DNA from: Eledone cirrhosa
Lineage: Eukaryota
DNA length: 64,000 nucleotides
NCBI GenBank assembly: GCA_964016885.1
Contig: OZ024741.1
Span: forward strand, 207,824,001-207,888,000
Direction of reading: 5' to 3'
Shown here: piece by piece, positions 41,706 through 57,739 of the stretch
Numbering within the stretch: the stretch's first letter is position 1
Layout: each line of letters begins with the position of its first letter
The notes under the pieces: generated by a model
What the model was told of the DNA's origin: nothing
Database searches by the model: none
Seen by the model: the letters and a program-made list of their open reading frames with translations, nothing else
Translations under genes and position numbers: made by a program

Positions 41706-42829
41706 CTTATATATATATATATATATACGATATATATATATTTATTACTATTACTATATATATATATATATATATATATATGCATACACGCGTGTTGAGA
41801 TCTCTTGTGTATGTGCGTGTGGGTGGGTGAGAGTTTGTGTGTGTGTGTGTCGGTATTTGTGTGGTTATGTACATTTGTATGTGTGTGTCTTCTGTGTCTG
41901 TTTGCGTCTGTGTGTAATTTATATCAGTTAAACTATCAAAATTTACTGCCATCAGAATTACTATGACAAACGAAAAGAAATAGCCTTCAAATAACTCTAC
42001 GTCCGGTCTTTGTATTTAACTAACAAATCTGATAATCCACTAACACTATGACATTTTCTTTCATCTATATCTTGTCTTACTAATTCTACATGTTATTAAC
42101 CTTTGTCATAAAACAAAGCATTAACTGCTCCCCTCTTTCCGGAATTCTGTTAATTGCATACGGTTATTTATTTCTACTGCTATTTCCACCACCATGGAAA
42201 TAACTTGTCTATCCTGGAGATAAACATTATTTATGAAAATTTCCTCGGCTGTCGTAAAAAAGTAATAATCGTCGTTTGTTCATTTGCTAATGGGATTTTC
42301 TCAGCCCTCTTTGAAAGCGTTGTGCCACTTAAAATTTTATTTCTCGCTAAAGTGGTGTCTTCATAAGCTCGTGTTAAAGAATTAAATGTTTAGGTGGCCT
42401 AGTTGTTGAGTTTCACATAAAATTCGATCACATTCTGTTGTTTGATATTTTCTTGCAGCGCAAACGTAACGGGGGCTATAAACACGTCCATACATAAACA
42501 GCAATAACTCACCACTCACTCAAACGATCATATTGAAGCAAGTCTGTACGTGCAGCCAATGTCGTAACCAACAAGACTATATACATCAACGAGATGCTGC
42601 GTTACCATGCTGTACATGGGAAGAGCAGTCCTCATACTCTGCGGACAAAGCTTGTGTGTGTGTATTCATATATATATAATAAAAAACAACAAAGACCGGA
42701 CTCGAAACACTCTTTAAAGTTTTAATATTGTGAATGCTCTATATGTATTTCAATGGTCTATTTACATTATCCGATCATGATGCAAGATTTAGGCGATTTC
42801 ACCAGGTATGGACTGAAAAATTAGTTATA

Positions 42830-43450
42830 TAAGATGTTTTCTGTTTAATTTTGGTTGGGGTTCGTTTATGTTTGTCGCTTCTGTAATTTATCGAAGCATT
42901 GCGTCTTTTCTGTGTATGGATATCATTTTTATCTCTATGATTTCTAGTGTGCTCCCACGTTCCATTTTGGCATGCTGGTGTTCATTTATTCTTTCTCCTA
43001 TGCTACGGACTGTCTCACCTATGTAAGCTGGAGCATGGAGGCACGCTAGAGAACATAGAGATAAAAATTATATCCACAAACAGAAAAGGCGCAATGCGCC
43101 GACAAATTAAGGAGGCGACAAACATAAACGAACTCCAACCAAGATTAAACAGAAAAGATGAGTGGAATAGTAACAACATCACAGCTAGTAATTAAGGACA
43201 AAATGAAGACACAGAGAGAGAGACATAAAAACCAAACTAATAAAACAAACCAAACACACATAGATAGAACAAGCAACCAACTACAAGGATGTGTGACGAA
43301 AGAGCGTTGACAATAAATAAACAATCATACGGTTATTGAACCAACCAACAAGAAATTTATAATAAATTGAAGTGAAAATCGACAAGTTCGTGTGTTTTTA
43401 TTGGCAGCATGACCCTCCCAAAGTATAATCATATCTGTTTCAACACACGT
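42830..43450. mobile_element. Fold-back PLE GIY-YIG 3' fragment (family of 34950-35660)
   Basis: LEHGGTLENIEIKIISTNRKGAMRRQIKEATNINELQPRLNRKDEW on +, with an inverted copy at 42830-42960. Confidence 0.8.
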
Positions 43451-43475
43451 TTTTAGATTAAAACAAATTCAAAAA

Positions 43476-43527
<52 letters not shown>

Positions 43528-43529
<2 letters not shown>

Positions 43530-45255
43530 CGAAGGAAATGTGGTAAGGAACCAGGTGGACCATAACGCACCAAAGTACTCAATACTTAGGGTAGTAGAGT
43601 GGGTAATAGGAACGAGTAGGACCCCGACGGCTGAGCTCAAGCCGTTTCGACGGCTAATTCTGGACTAAATGAACATTTTTATCCTGGTATATGAATAGCC
43701 GAGCTTCTCAGGGGGTAATTCCAACACAGACATACTTTCCAAAGCCCGGCCCGGCGTCATGCCACCACACTTTTGGGCCATATCTGGGACCTCAAAGATA
43801 ACAATATTACCTATGATCTCACTTGGAGCTTACTGTCCAAAGCCAACTCCTACACGGGAGGACGCCGTCCGTGCAATTTGTGCTCGGAGGAAACTTTACA
43901 AATGCTGTTTTAGACGGACCAACTCCTAAACAAGAAAGACGAACTGGTAACTGCATGCAAACACAGATTGCGTAGGACTTACCTCGCCCTCAAACCCCAT
44001 AATGACCCGGGGGGGGGGGTAGACAGGGGCTGTAACACCCCACTTGCCGACTTTGTAATGGGTAACCGCTGCTTGCAAAGGTAGACGTAAGATCTTCTTT
44101 TATATCTTTTTATCGTTTCCTCTATATTCCCCGCATCCCTTCCTAGTCCTTCCACCACCGTCCTCCTCCTTTGTCGTCGTCCTTTTCACTTTCTCGCCCA
44201 CCCGAGGCAGCCCCTCGGTCCTTTGTAGCCTCAGTACCCCCACCCCCATCCCCTATTCTATGATAGAATTGGCCGACTCCGCTTTTTATAGCAGATGTGA
44301 TAGATTCCAGATACTTGCTTTCTTATTCGATGGCTGCCCCATTTCCGTGCTTCCTACATTTTTTAGTGGTATCTCTGCTTTAATCTCTCGTATATCAGTA
44401 TTTATTTTTTGGGGGGTGGGGGATTCTGAATAAATTATCCATATCAAATTTTTCATATACTTCGTACGAGCATTTATGTAGTTTGCACTAGAATTTTTGT
44501 ATCGTAGCGGCACCCTTAGAGATAGTATTAGTATTCATTTTCGGGATTCTGAATTATTATTTCGTATTAGTTTATTTTTTGCACTGGGTGGTTGCTGGCC
44601 TTGTGCCTAGGGTAGAAACATTTATTTTGTATTAGTTTCGGGACTCTGAATTATTATTTCGTGGTAGTTTCTTTAGTATTTTGGCTCCCCACTTGTTGAC
44701 CTGTCACCGTAAGATATACTCGGTTGATTACTACTAACTCTTAAAATGGTCTCATTACAATTCCGTCCCACCTAGTAAACTTTTCTATAGTTTAGCAGTA
44801 CCAGTGAGAGACTTGATGATTGTGGTTAGGAAATAGTAACCAGAAATTGTTTTTTTATATTTTTAACATTCTTGGTATTCTTCTATATATTTACTCCATA
44901 TTGATTTACTTATTGTTTCGACTTCCTCCCCCTCCCCCTCCCTAGTATACTTGCTTGACCTCCTGCCCTGCTGTAGTTGGCACTATCAACGCACGACTGG
45001 GTTTCCTCCACTCTCTCTCCCTCTTTCTTCTACTGGCAGGTTCAGCTACTCCTTCCTTCCACAAATTGCCATGATAGAATTATGTGTCTCAACAACAAAC
45101 TTTTGAACAATCCTTGTGACAATCACTTTTACCATATATGGAATAACCCCCTGAGAAGCTCGGCTATTCATATACCAGGATAAAAATTTTCATTTAGTCC
45201 AGAATTAGCCGTCGAAACGGCTTGAGCTCAGCCGTCGGGATCCTACTCATTCCTA
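43528..45255 (+). mobile_element. PLE family F: inverted pLTR (43528-43720) + GIY-YIG C-terminus + 3' UTR + HHR (45146-45240)
   Basis: LLGHIWDLKDNNITYDLTW..RRPCNLCSEE..LLNKKDELVTACKH. 45142-45255 is inverted at 43605-43720. Confidence 0.85.
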
Positions 45256-45279
45256 TATATATATATATATATATATATA

Positions 45280-45890
45280 GGAAAAGGTTCAGGACCCCGA
45301 CGACAGAGCTCAAGCCGTTTCGACGGCTATTTCTGGACTAAATTAAAGAAGAAAAAATCTAGACATTAGTGGAGAGCCGACCAGGGCGTGTAACTGCCCT
45401 GATAGATCTACTTGCCCCCTCAACAACAGATGCCGAGAACGTAACGTGATCTACCAATGCAACGTGAGGACGAAAAACTCCAACAAAATTTATAACGGAT
45501 TAACTGCCTGTGACTTTAAGACCCGGCTCTACCAACACCGCATATGTTCAGAAACCCGGCCCAGCGACATGCCACTACACTTTCGGGCCACATCTGGGAC
45601 CTCCAAGATAATGACATCATATACGATCTTACTTGGAGCTTACTTCCCAGGGAAGATGCCATCAGTGTAACTTATGCTCGGAGGAAACGATACAAATGCT
45701 GTTTACGAAGGAACAACTCCTAAATAAAAAAAGACGAATTTGTAATCACATGTAAACATCGATTGCGTAGGACTTACCTTCCTCGGATGGGTAGAAAATG
45801 GCTGCAACATCTTTCTTTTCCCCACTTGCCGAACAAGATAGGGGAAACCCCAGCATACATAGGTAGATGTAATACTTTTCTTATATATAA
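45280..45890 (+). mobile_element. Second family F fragment (inverted pLTR piece + GIY-YIG)
   Basis: CNCPDRSTCPLNNRC..VIYQCNVRTKNSNKIYNGLTACDFKTRLYQH. Confidence 0.85.
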
Positions 45891-46310
45891 ATGGAATAGA
45901 ATGAAACGAAATTTCATTTCTCACTCTTAGTACGGCACTTACTTAAATGTAAGTATGTATGTATACGTACATACATATATGTATACAAAGGTACAGTAAT
46001 ATGTATATATATACACACATGCACACATATATATATGCACGTATCGGTTTACTAACATTTATTATAATGCTCGCTTTGTTTGTTTGTGTCAGTGTTGAAC
46101 AAAAAGGTGACGTGGTTGCCTAAACACTGTACGGCGTAATTCGGGCTGTTTGTTTGTTTACAAACAAACAAACCGAGCATTATAATAAATGTTCGGTAAA
46201 CCGATACGTGCATGTATATATGTGTGCATGTGTGTATATATATACATACTACTGTACGTCTGTATACATATATGTATGTACGTATACATACATATATATA
46301 TATATACATT
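45890..46310. mobile_element. Family B fold-back fragment
   Basis: - arm 45890-46085 joined to + arm 46086-46310. Confidence 0.8.
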
Positions 46311-46957
46311 TAAGTTTGGTGGTTCACCACTGGATAGAACTGGTCATTCCCTATTGCCAACCATGATGTAATATAAGGAAAAGCACTCGACGTTATGCAA
46401 CTCGTCCATCTTTGATGTCATGTTGAATCTTGTTGATGGTGCGAGAACGGATTTAATTATTATTGAGTAAAATAACAGGAGGCCGGAATGGTGAAATTCC
46501 TTCAAAGATTTATTATAGCAAACACTATTTCAGTGGCCAGGTTCCGAAAGATCATGGTGACATCATCAGTTGTTTATTGCATAATAAGTTATATAATAAA
46601 GGAAAAATGGTAAACACAATCCAAAAGGCTATAAGGATATCAAAAATAAAAAAAAACAGAGAAAATCTTTTTCAATCGAAGGCGATCTAGAGGGCCAGTG
46701 GTTGTCAGTTTGGCTGACCACTGGCCCTCTTGATTGCCTTCGAGTCAAAAATATTTTTCTGTTTTCTTTTTATATGCTTATAGCCTTTTGGATTGCGTTT
46801 ACCATTATTCATTTATTATATAACTATTATGCAATAAACACCTGATGATGTCACCAGGTTCTTACGGAACCTGGCCACTGCAATGTACATAGTGTTTGCT
46901 ATAATAAATCTTTGAAGGAATTTCACCAGTCCGGCCTCCGGTCATTTTACTCAATAA

Positions 46958-46991
<34 letters not shown>

Positions 46992-47033
46992 CATACACAC
47001 ACACACATACAAGCATATATATATATATATATA

Positions 47034-47081
<48 letters not shown>

Positions 47082-47146
47082 TTATTGAGTAAAATGACCG
47101 GAGGCCGGACTGGTGAAATTCCTTCAAAGATTTATTATAGCAAACA
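46310..47146. mobile_element. Fold-back HHR element related to 8125-10410
   Basis: 46460-46712 is inverted at 46713-46957. aaacac-CTGATGA-..ccaggttc ttac ggaacctgg..-GCAA-tgtaca-TA-gtgttt (core mutated). End repeated at 47082-47146. Confidence 0.8.
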
Positions 47147-47984
47147 TATATACTGATATACAGAAAATGTCAATGAAAGATAACTAAAATTAGCAATTAA
47201 GAGAATTATATACATTTAATCATTTTCATTATGTTAGCGACGGGTAGATTTCTAGTAAATCAACCTAAAATAAGATCGCATCATCATTAATCTCGCCCTT
47301 ACCCTTCAACAGATAAGACAGGATTAAGCATTTTAATACTTAAAACAGACAATACGGAAGAAATTCAGTTTCATCAGAGGACTTCATTGAAAGTATAAAA
47401 TAATATATAGATATATATGTGCATATATGCAGATAAATATGCACGTATATTTATATTCATATACGTGTGTGTACGTGGCACAGAGGCTGTGACAACAAAA
47501 TGAAAAACAGTTAAACGTAAAAATAAACGTTAAATAATACCCGTCAAACGTTGTCTATTGAATTTCCTAATAGTTTCGATAATCTTAAACAAGACTATTT
47601 CAGCAAATGGTAACAGAGACCTGTAAACGCACCTATATAATACAAGCATTCTTATATGTTTGCTTCTTAAATATAGCGCAAATGGTTCAATGTAACCTGA
47701 AATTGTTTTGATTTATGTTCTCTTCTGCCTAAAATAAATTCCGGCAAATTATTCAATCATAATTTATATGCGAGTACATTAGCAAATGAGTGAATACTTC
47801 ATTTTGATCTTTAGCCTAAGTGCTGTTCTGTTTGGCCAGGCCTAAACACAAAGGGTCCCCTACCATTTCAATTGTCTTGGCTTTTCACATATTGTCTCTA
47901 TTGTGTCACTATGATCAGAATCTATATATGTATATATACACACACACATGGGCGCGCGCGGGCATATATATATATATATGTATA

Positions 47985-48145
47985 ACGAAGAAGGTGTGGT
48001 AAGGAACCAGATGGACCATAACGCAGCAGAGTACTCAATACTCAGGGTAGTAGAGTGGGTAATAGGAAAAAGTTTGACCCCGACGGCAGAACTCAAGCCG
48101 TTTCGACGGCTATTTCCAGAAATAGCCGTCGAACCTTTTCCTATA
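47985..48145. mobile_element. Family F pLTR end as a small fold-back (similar one at 56790-56950)
   Basis: Matches 43528-43665. tcgacggctatt-tccaga-aatagccgtcga apex. Confidence 0.75.
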
Positions 48146-48795
48146 GAGAGAGAGATGTTATCTTTTCCCCTTCTATCTATCTATCTATCTATACATCTAT
48201 TTATCTATCTATCAATGTCAATAGTAACTATTGTTCTCAAGTTATTATTTATTCAAATTATACACCTCTAATTTTTGCTCCTTATGTTACTATTATACAA
48301 TATATCACACATACACTCACACGTTCACTCCACTGCACCATTCTATCCCCACTACAACAACACGACACTTCTCCCCCATTACTACCCGCCAACAAGCCTA
48401 ACACTGTCACAGTTACAGATATAGTCATAGTCAAATGTCTTCAACGCACACCCACAAGTGCGCCACTTGAAACAACTTAGCTGTTCCATGGACTGCTAGT
48501 TGGTGGTGGTGGTGGTGAGGGATCAGCGTCTTCTATTGTTTATATGTATTTGTATTTTTATTTATGTTTGTAAATATACTCACACAAACGCAGACACACA
48601 CACACACAGACACACACACACATATATTTATATGTCAGAAAATGAAATAAGCTGTCTCGCAGAAATATAATTACGCTTGTATAACACATTCACAACTCTC
48701 TCTCTCCTTCCTCCTCTCTCTCTATATATATATGTATATATAGCATTCGTTTGTTTGCCCGCAACCAGAGCTCCGATTATGCTGTACTACTTTCT

Positions 48796-49260
<465 letters not shown>

Positions 49261-49921
49261 ATATCCATATATATGTTGTGTGTGGATAAATGCTAACCGA
49301 CAAATAAACAGACAGACAGCTAGATAGATAGATAGATGTGCGTCTATTCACTCCTCTCTACACTTAACCGCTAGTCTCCTGACACTCTATCAGATATATA
49401 AGATAGAATATAATCTATTTTTCTCTACCCTCTCTTCTTTTTCTAATCACTCAGCATTTCCTTTTTCCTCTCATCCTTCCTCTGTACCATTTTCTCTCTC
49501 TCTCACTCATTATATTCAGTTCCCCCGTTCCTTCCTAATTTTCCCTAGCACATATGCACCCCACCTTTCTTGCATTGTCCATTGCCTCTTTTCTCCTTCG
49601 AAACGTCATCTTTTAAGATATAAAACTCCTCATATAATTTCAAACCAGAGAGCAGCTGCACTGAAAGCAAAAAATGGGGTAACAACAAAACAACAACAAC
49701 AACAACAAAATAAATAAATAAACAAGAATTGGTGCACGCTGCAGCCACTCAATCTTGGACTACCTGTTTTGCAGCTCGTAGCAGATAATTATCTGCATAT
49801 TTGCATAACTTAATTGCGTTGCCTTTCTCTTGACTTAAAAACTTGTCCACAATTTTCGATATGTTATATATTTGTGAGTGTCTGTGCGCCTGTGAATGTG
49901 TGTGCAAGTGTGTGCATATAC

Positions 49922-49952
<31 letters not shown>

Positions 49953-52569
49953 CATAAATATATATATATTAATAAAAGGAATTCCAACTTTATCTGATTT
50001 ACTCGTTTTATTTACAATCCTATTGTATATATATATATATATACATACATACATACATACAACATATACACGGAGGCACACACATGTTAATTTTACTTTT
50101 TACTTTTTAATTTTTTCGTTCATTCTTTCTTTTGTTCTCTCGTTCTTTCATTATTTTCTTCCTGTCTTATTTTGTTTTGTTTTTGCTGTTATTGTGTTAG
50201 TTCTTCAGTGACAAAAATATTCTTAATCTGGATGTCTAACAACAGTCGTCTCCTTTTATTGAATTCATCCTTCAACACTAAATTGCTACTTATTTCTCAA
50301 GCAAGAGTTTCTCTACAAAACAATTTCAGTGGACACGTCATTGTATTAACAGAAATAATGACGAAGACAATAACGAAAACAACAATAACATTACAAACAA
50401 CATCATTGACAAAAAACAAATAACAAAAACAACAAACATAACTACATAACAGACAACAACAACAAAAATGATTATAACTACAACTACCCCCAGCTACAAC
50501 TCTATCTAAACAAACATCATCATCACCACGGCTAACAGTAACATCATCATCAATATCAACAACATCAACAACTGTATTGACTTGTAAATCTACAACTACA
50601 CCATCACCACCAACAACAAAAACAACAACAATGACAACAACTATCACCACTTCTGATAACAACGCCAACAACGACGGAAAGGCGAAATTGCAATTTGACC
50701 ACGACATAAACTCATGCAAATAATATAATCCTTTGTCGAATGGCTGGTTGTGGTTCGGAAAAGAATGAGATGAGGAGATTTGAGAGTCACATCACGTGAC
50801 TTTGGCATACGTGTTAATATTTTGGCTTCTTAAGCCGCTTAAAAATGGCGTCGTTCCCTTGTATTAAGAAACATATATCAAACCATCTTAGTTGGCTCAG
50901 ACAGTTGACACCCCCCGCTTATATTATTCCAATGGCAAAAACACGGTAAAAAACAAAACTTGAGATGACTTATGAGACTTGCTTACTATTAAGGAAGGCC
51001 TGGGTGGAGAATTAACAAAAAATATTGCCAGAAATGTGGTATGAATGAATTCAAAGATTCGGTCTTCAGTGATGGAATATCAAAACAAGTATTCATGGTT
51101 TCTTGTAACTTGGCACAAAACTAAATTATATGAAGTAGAAGAAAGCAGATGGATGGGTGATAAAACAGATATTTTTTTCTAGAAAACGTTTACTGATCAA
51201 CTGAGGTTCAGGCTGTAGATTAACAGCAGCAGTCGCAGTTTCTCGCCATAGTAACTGTGATTTCATCATAAATACAGAGGAAATGTCAACTTTTCAGGCA
51301 AAATACGAAAGGAAGGCACACATACCTATACATCTCGGCTTGATGTTATTAGAATATTTACTCTTCTTAGGTAAATTTAGAGATTTACATTTAAAGCATT
51401 GCGTTAAGTTTGAAATCTTAGGCAACCTTGGAAGGCTTCAAGCAATACGTTTCATATAAAGATATACTTTGTTTCGAAAATAAGCTATTGAGAAGATTGA
51501 AATTCTTAGAAAATGTTGATTTCTCAAACACAGAAAGTAACTGTAATCACAGTCGATTATTATAATTAATAGCTTATAAAATAGAGTACAATAACCCTAT
51601 GGACGGAAAAGTAGTTAACAGCAGCCGCTACGGATTGAGTTTGACTGCTGGCCACGTTTTTCCTTGTATTTTACCCAATTTGCCAAACTATTATAACTAC
51701 CAATTAACTGTAGTTACAGTTACTTTCTTCGTTTGCGATTTCTTTATTTTCTAATAAATTTGCTTACGTTTAAACTAAATTTTCGATTGATTCAGCACTT
51801 TTCAAAGAAAATATTGTTGAAGAAATTAGACAGACAGGCAATACTATCTTATGGTTTAAAAAGGAGTAATTATTTCACCCGCCATATTTACTTTAAGAAA
51901 AATACGTTACTAAAAAAACATTTATAGTTTTACGATATTTCCTTAATAAAGTTTAAATTTGGAGAGTTTAAGCAGACGTAAATTTATGAGTTATTTAGCC
52001 AAATTTAGGCGTAGTCTATTCATTCATTTATTTTTTATTCATTTTTCATATATTTATTAATTTTTTTTCCTAGAGTGGCAAAATAATGTTCTTCAAAACA
52101 CCTGTCATATGATGGGCAACACACTAGTACATATATATATGTATATGTAGGTGGGAGTGTATGTGCAAGTCAACCAACATAAGTCTTTTTATATGTAAAC
52201 TTTCTAGTATTCGACTCTAACCATAATTTTCAGGAGCACCACCCCACATAAATTCCTCAATTTAAGAATGCCCTGTAGTATCTATTTCATACTATAAACC
52301 TCAATTGAATATATATCTGACCAGGAATGCTTTTTGTGAAAATCAGTCATATGGAAATATTGTCATCTTGCCTGACGGTTTGAACTTTACAACTCCACCT
52401 GCTTCTTTGAGGTCAAATACCAACCCTACTAGCATCTACAAACTGACCAATGAGAATTAAGATTATTCCTGCTGACAACATTAAATTATCCCTAACAAGC
52501 TCATATGTCCCTAGGCTGTGATACTATCAACGCCATAAACACAGAGCTGGCATATCTAAGAACTGACTA

Positions 52570-52625
52570 ACTGCCTGATGAGGTCATAGCCATTCAATGG
52601 CTATCATCGAAATATATATAGCAGT
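52570..52625 (+). ncRNA. Intact family A hammerhead (in element ~52135-52672)
   Basis: actgc-CTGATGA-ggtcatagccat tca atggctatcatc-GAAA-tatata-TA-gcagt. Confidence 0.92.
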
Positions 52626-52674
52626 AAATAAAGGATTATGAGTTCATGCAATTGACTTATGTTTCGTCACTATG

Positions 52675-52705
<31 letters not shown>

Positions 52706-52737
52706 AATTGGAAAGGTTTGAAGCGATGAGTATATAT

Positions 52738-52776
<39 letters not shown>

Positions 52777-52804
52777 CACACAGACAAGCACATACACACA
52801 CACA

Positions 52805-53423
<619 letters not shown>

Positions 53424-53789
53424 TGTGTATGTTCCAGCCGAAAATGGTAATTAGCAGTGGGTTTTTGAAGGATTTCGAAAACTTCCGGTTTAAAAAATTG
53501 ACATAAGTTGACATCAGAGAAAACAGTGAGTTGGTGTGGGTAGGTGGTGTTGCACGAAACATGGTGGCGTGAAGGCTATGGAAGGTAAGACATCTGAGAT
53601 GACAGCTATAACTAAGAGCTTCTTGTAAATAGTGTGAAGAAGTGTTTCGTTATTTAGAATTCCTGCGGTTTGCTGCCTTCTGACGTTCTTCGTTTTATAC
53701 TATCTTTAAAGATCTTGTCAGGAAACAGTTAATTTTTTGTTCAAATACTTACTTCCTGTCGGAAATAGTCACCCATCTCAATAGATAGG

Positions 53790-54088
53790 CTTTTCTTCTT
53801 CTTCTTCTTCTTCTTCTTCTTCTTCTTCTTCTTCTTTTTCTTTTTCTTTTTCTTTTTCTTCTTCTTCTTCTTCTTCTTCTTCTTCTTCTTCTTCTTCTTC
53901 TTCTTCTTCTTCTTCTTCTTCTTCTTCTTCTTCTTCTTCTTCTTCTTCTTCTTCTCCTCCTCCTCCTCCTCCTCCTCTTCTTCTTCTTCTTCTTCTTCTT
54001 CTCCCCCTCCTCCTCCTCCCCTTCTTCTTCTTCTTCTTCTTCTTCTTCTTCTTCTTCTTCTTCTTCTTCTTCTTCTTCTTCTTCTTCT
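53790..54088. repeat. (TTC)n/(TCC)n microsatellite
   Basis: Read directly from the sequence. Confidence 0.98.
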
Positions 54089-54169
54089 GCATTTGTTTCT
54101 AACTTAGGTTCTGGGTCAGCATTTAGCGTGGAGGATTTACTTTAAATTCTAAAGTCTAAAGTCTGTTTT

Positions 54170-54430
54170 AAACCAGAAGGCTCATTTGGCCGGTACTTAT
54201 CCCGGATTCATGGCGTGAAGCGACAGAGACAGGACGCCAGTCCCCGGACAGGACGCCAGTCCATCGCAGGGTTAAACCCTCAGTTATTGCTGGTACTCAT
54301 TTTCAGCTGAGTATACTGAAGCGACGTGAAATGAAGTGTTTTGCTCAAAAACACAGCACGCAACCCAGGAATCCAACCCACGACATTATGATCGTAAGTC
54401 CAACATCCTTACCACTAGACCACGTGCCTC
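54170..54430 (-). mobile_element. Second tRNA-derived SINE family (relative at ~34455-34620 +)
   Basis: Reverse complement reads gaggcacgtggtctagtggtaagg...ggttggattcct...ttgagcaaaacacttcatttcac...aatgagtaccagc. Confidence 0.7.
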
Positions 54431-55057
54431 TACTGTTACTTCATATTATCAACACCAAATGCTGACTAGTATTTATTTTATCGACTGCGAAAGACCAAAA
54501 GCTAACATTGACTTTAACTGGATTTGATCTTAGGATGTAGAGCCGTTAAAAATACCGCAATGCATTTTACCATCGCTCTACTGATTCTGCCAATCTAGTA
54601 ATTTCTAGTATAGGGACAAGTCTGATTGTCTTGGATATTGATACAGTCGATTATTTCGGCATTTTTATTTACTTGGTATCTTATTTCCATCGATCCCTAA
54701 AGAATGAAAGACAAATTTGACTTCGATGGGAAGTTACTCAAAGTTTAAATATCGCAAAGGTCAACTTTGTTTTTCATCCTTCCATAGGCTGATGAATCTA
54801 AAGTAATAGTCGGACAAGTTGACATGTGTTATTTTTATGGTCATTTGTGTTTTGAGATCTAATCTCATTGCGGTCTATTTGGGTGACAGACTTAATCTTT
54901 TACTCCCTCGGAGTTTAGCAGAGTCTACTCTGTCGTAAACATTCGACTTGGGTCTTCTGTTAGAGAATATCACTGAAAAGAGTCATGTGCACCGCCCTTT
55001 CCCTCTTGAATAAAATTGAAAAAGACTGGCCAGTTAATATTCCTTCGCCCAATGTCA

Positions 55058-55345
<288 letters not shown>

Positions 55346-55828
55346 AACGGCAACATCAGTAGCAGCAGTAAGAAGAACAACTCAGAACTGACGTCCGATA
55401 ATAGGAAGGAAAAACATATTGCTAGAAGGTATATTTGTTCCTGTAACATGTTTAATATTAGCCGGAAGTGAGGTCTGAATTAACTTGGGACTTCCTGATC
55501 ACTTTATTACGGACATCACACGGAGTGCAATAAAAGACTGATAAATGATGAGTAGGAGACAGACTCACACTTTATAACATTATAACAATTGCACACACAC
55601 ACACACACACGCACACATGTATCTCTCTTTCTCTCTCTCTTACTCTCTCTCTCACTCTCTTTCTCTCACTCACTCTCTCACTCTCTCTCTATCTATCTAT
55701 CTATCTATCTCTGCACTCTCTCTCACTCTCTCTCTCACCCCCTCTCTCTATATATATGAGAGAGAGAGATGCTTGGATATATATATGTGTGTGTATATGT
55801 ATGCATAACCATACGCATATATACATAT

Positions 55829-55894
<66 letters not shown>

Positions 55895-56589
55895 TACATA
55901 TATATTACATCTTTTCTATACAACGTACCACCACCATCATTATATTAACTTGATCACCATCACCATGACTATCAACATCAACATCACAACTGTGTCGACT
56001 ATATTGAAATTACTGCTGTTGCTACTGGAGGTGGAGTGGTATTGGAGAAGGTGGTGCAGATGGAAATGGTCGTTCCTGAATATGGCATGAGAAGTTTATT
56101 AGTTTCCGATATGAGTGACCAGCCTTGGGCAAAGGTGTTTAAGTATCTTGTCCAGAGAATAGCAATGACAAGAACAACTGGAATGACACCAACAACGACA
56201 ACACAAATAACAACGATGATAGAGGCAAAAACACCATCACCACCATCCCCCCCCCCCCCATTCCTCACAATAACAACATAAATAAATAAATAAGAAAAGG
56301 TAACCTTAAACGTAATTTCCTGAACGGTATACCACAATGATCTGTTCTCTTACCTACCATTTTTTAAATTATCGCTTGAGTCCCTATCCAGAAGCCCACA
56401 AACTATACACACATCGTCATATGCAAGTGAAATCACAAGCATCTCTTGTGTACTTAAGAAATCTCATTCGCAATAACGTCGATTCGCATTCGATTCTACT
56501 ATGTGCCTCATTGAGCAAGTATCTTCTACAGGTGACCAATAATTTGTTGAAATTTGTTAGATAAAAGCTGTGCAAAAACACGTCAAATG

Positions 56590-56752
56590 TATACACAGGT
56601 CCTTCGTTAATGAAGTTACTGCAGCGTTAGACGTAGTTATGAATATGTCATATATCCAGATGGAAAACTTCAATGCACATGTTGGTACTGACCACATGGC
56701 ATGGAAAGAAGTGATTGGAAGGAATGGCGACCCCGATTTAAATGCGAATGAG
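56590..56752 (+). pseudogene. LINE (RTE-like) APE endonuclease fragment
   Basis: MENFNAHVGTDHMAWKEVIGRNGDPDLNAN resembles the GDFNAHVG..W..VIG..G...N.NG motif. Confidence 0.65.
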
Positions 56753-57063
56753 ATGTATATATATCAGAATGGGGGCGGGGTAAAACCCAGTTAGACCATT
56801 ACTCACCAGAGTACTCGATACTTGGGGTAGTAGAGTGGGTAATATCAAAAATTCGGGACCCCGGTGGCTGATCTCCGGTCGTTTCAACAACTAATTCGGA
56901 TCTAGCTGTTGAAACAGCCGGAGTTCAGCCGTCGGGGTCCCGAACATTTCATATATGTATATATATATATATATTGGTATTTTACCGCCCAAGTTTAGAG
57001 GCCCACCCTTGACAAGGGTGGACCTCTAAACTTTGGCGGCAATATATATATATATATATATAT

Positions 57064-57738
57064 AACTATCTGGCAGATGGGTAAACGGTGCTGATGATAG
57101 CTAACAAGCTTGAAACTAGTACATCGTTCCTGTGTCAGTGTTGAACAAAAAGGTGACGTGGTTGCCTTAACACCGTATGGCATAAATTTAGGCTGTTCAG
57201 TTTGTTTACAAACGAACAAAGCGACGTTATAATAAGCGCCTCTAAACTGATACGTGCATATATGTATGTGTACCTGTATGCATATGTATATATATATGTA
57301 TATTTATATATATATGTGCATGCTACTGTACGTCTGTATACATATATGTATGTACGTATACATGCATACTTACATTTAAGTAAGTGCCATACTAAGAGTG
57401 AGAAATGAAATTTCGCTTTCATTTTGTTTCAATTTATCGTTTTCGGTATGCCTGACCGATTTAACTCACTCAATATGCAAATTAGGCTGCTCAGCCGTTA
57501 ATTTTCATAAGGAAAGTATATACTTTCGAACGTTCAACTATCTGGCAGATGGGTAAACGGTGCTGATGATAGCTAACAAGCTTGAAACTAGTACATCGTT
57601 CCTGTGTCAGTGTTGAACAAAAAGGTGACGTGGTTGCCTTAACACCGTATGGCATAAATTCAGGCTGTTCAGTTTGTTTACAAACGAACAAAGCGACGTT
57701 ATAATAAGCGCCGCTAAACTGATACGTGCATATATGTA
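57064..57738 (+). mobile_element. Family B element, 472-bp period (~1.4 units), two HHRs (57085-57127, 57557-57599)
   Basis: acggtg-CTGATGA-tagctaacaagctt-GAAA-ctag-TA-catcgt occurs twice, 472 bp apart. Confidence 0.9.
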
Positions 57739-57739
57739 T

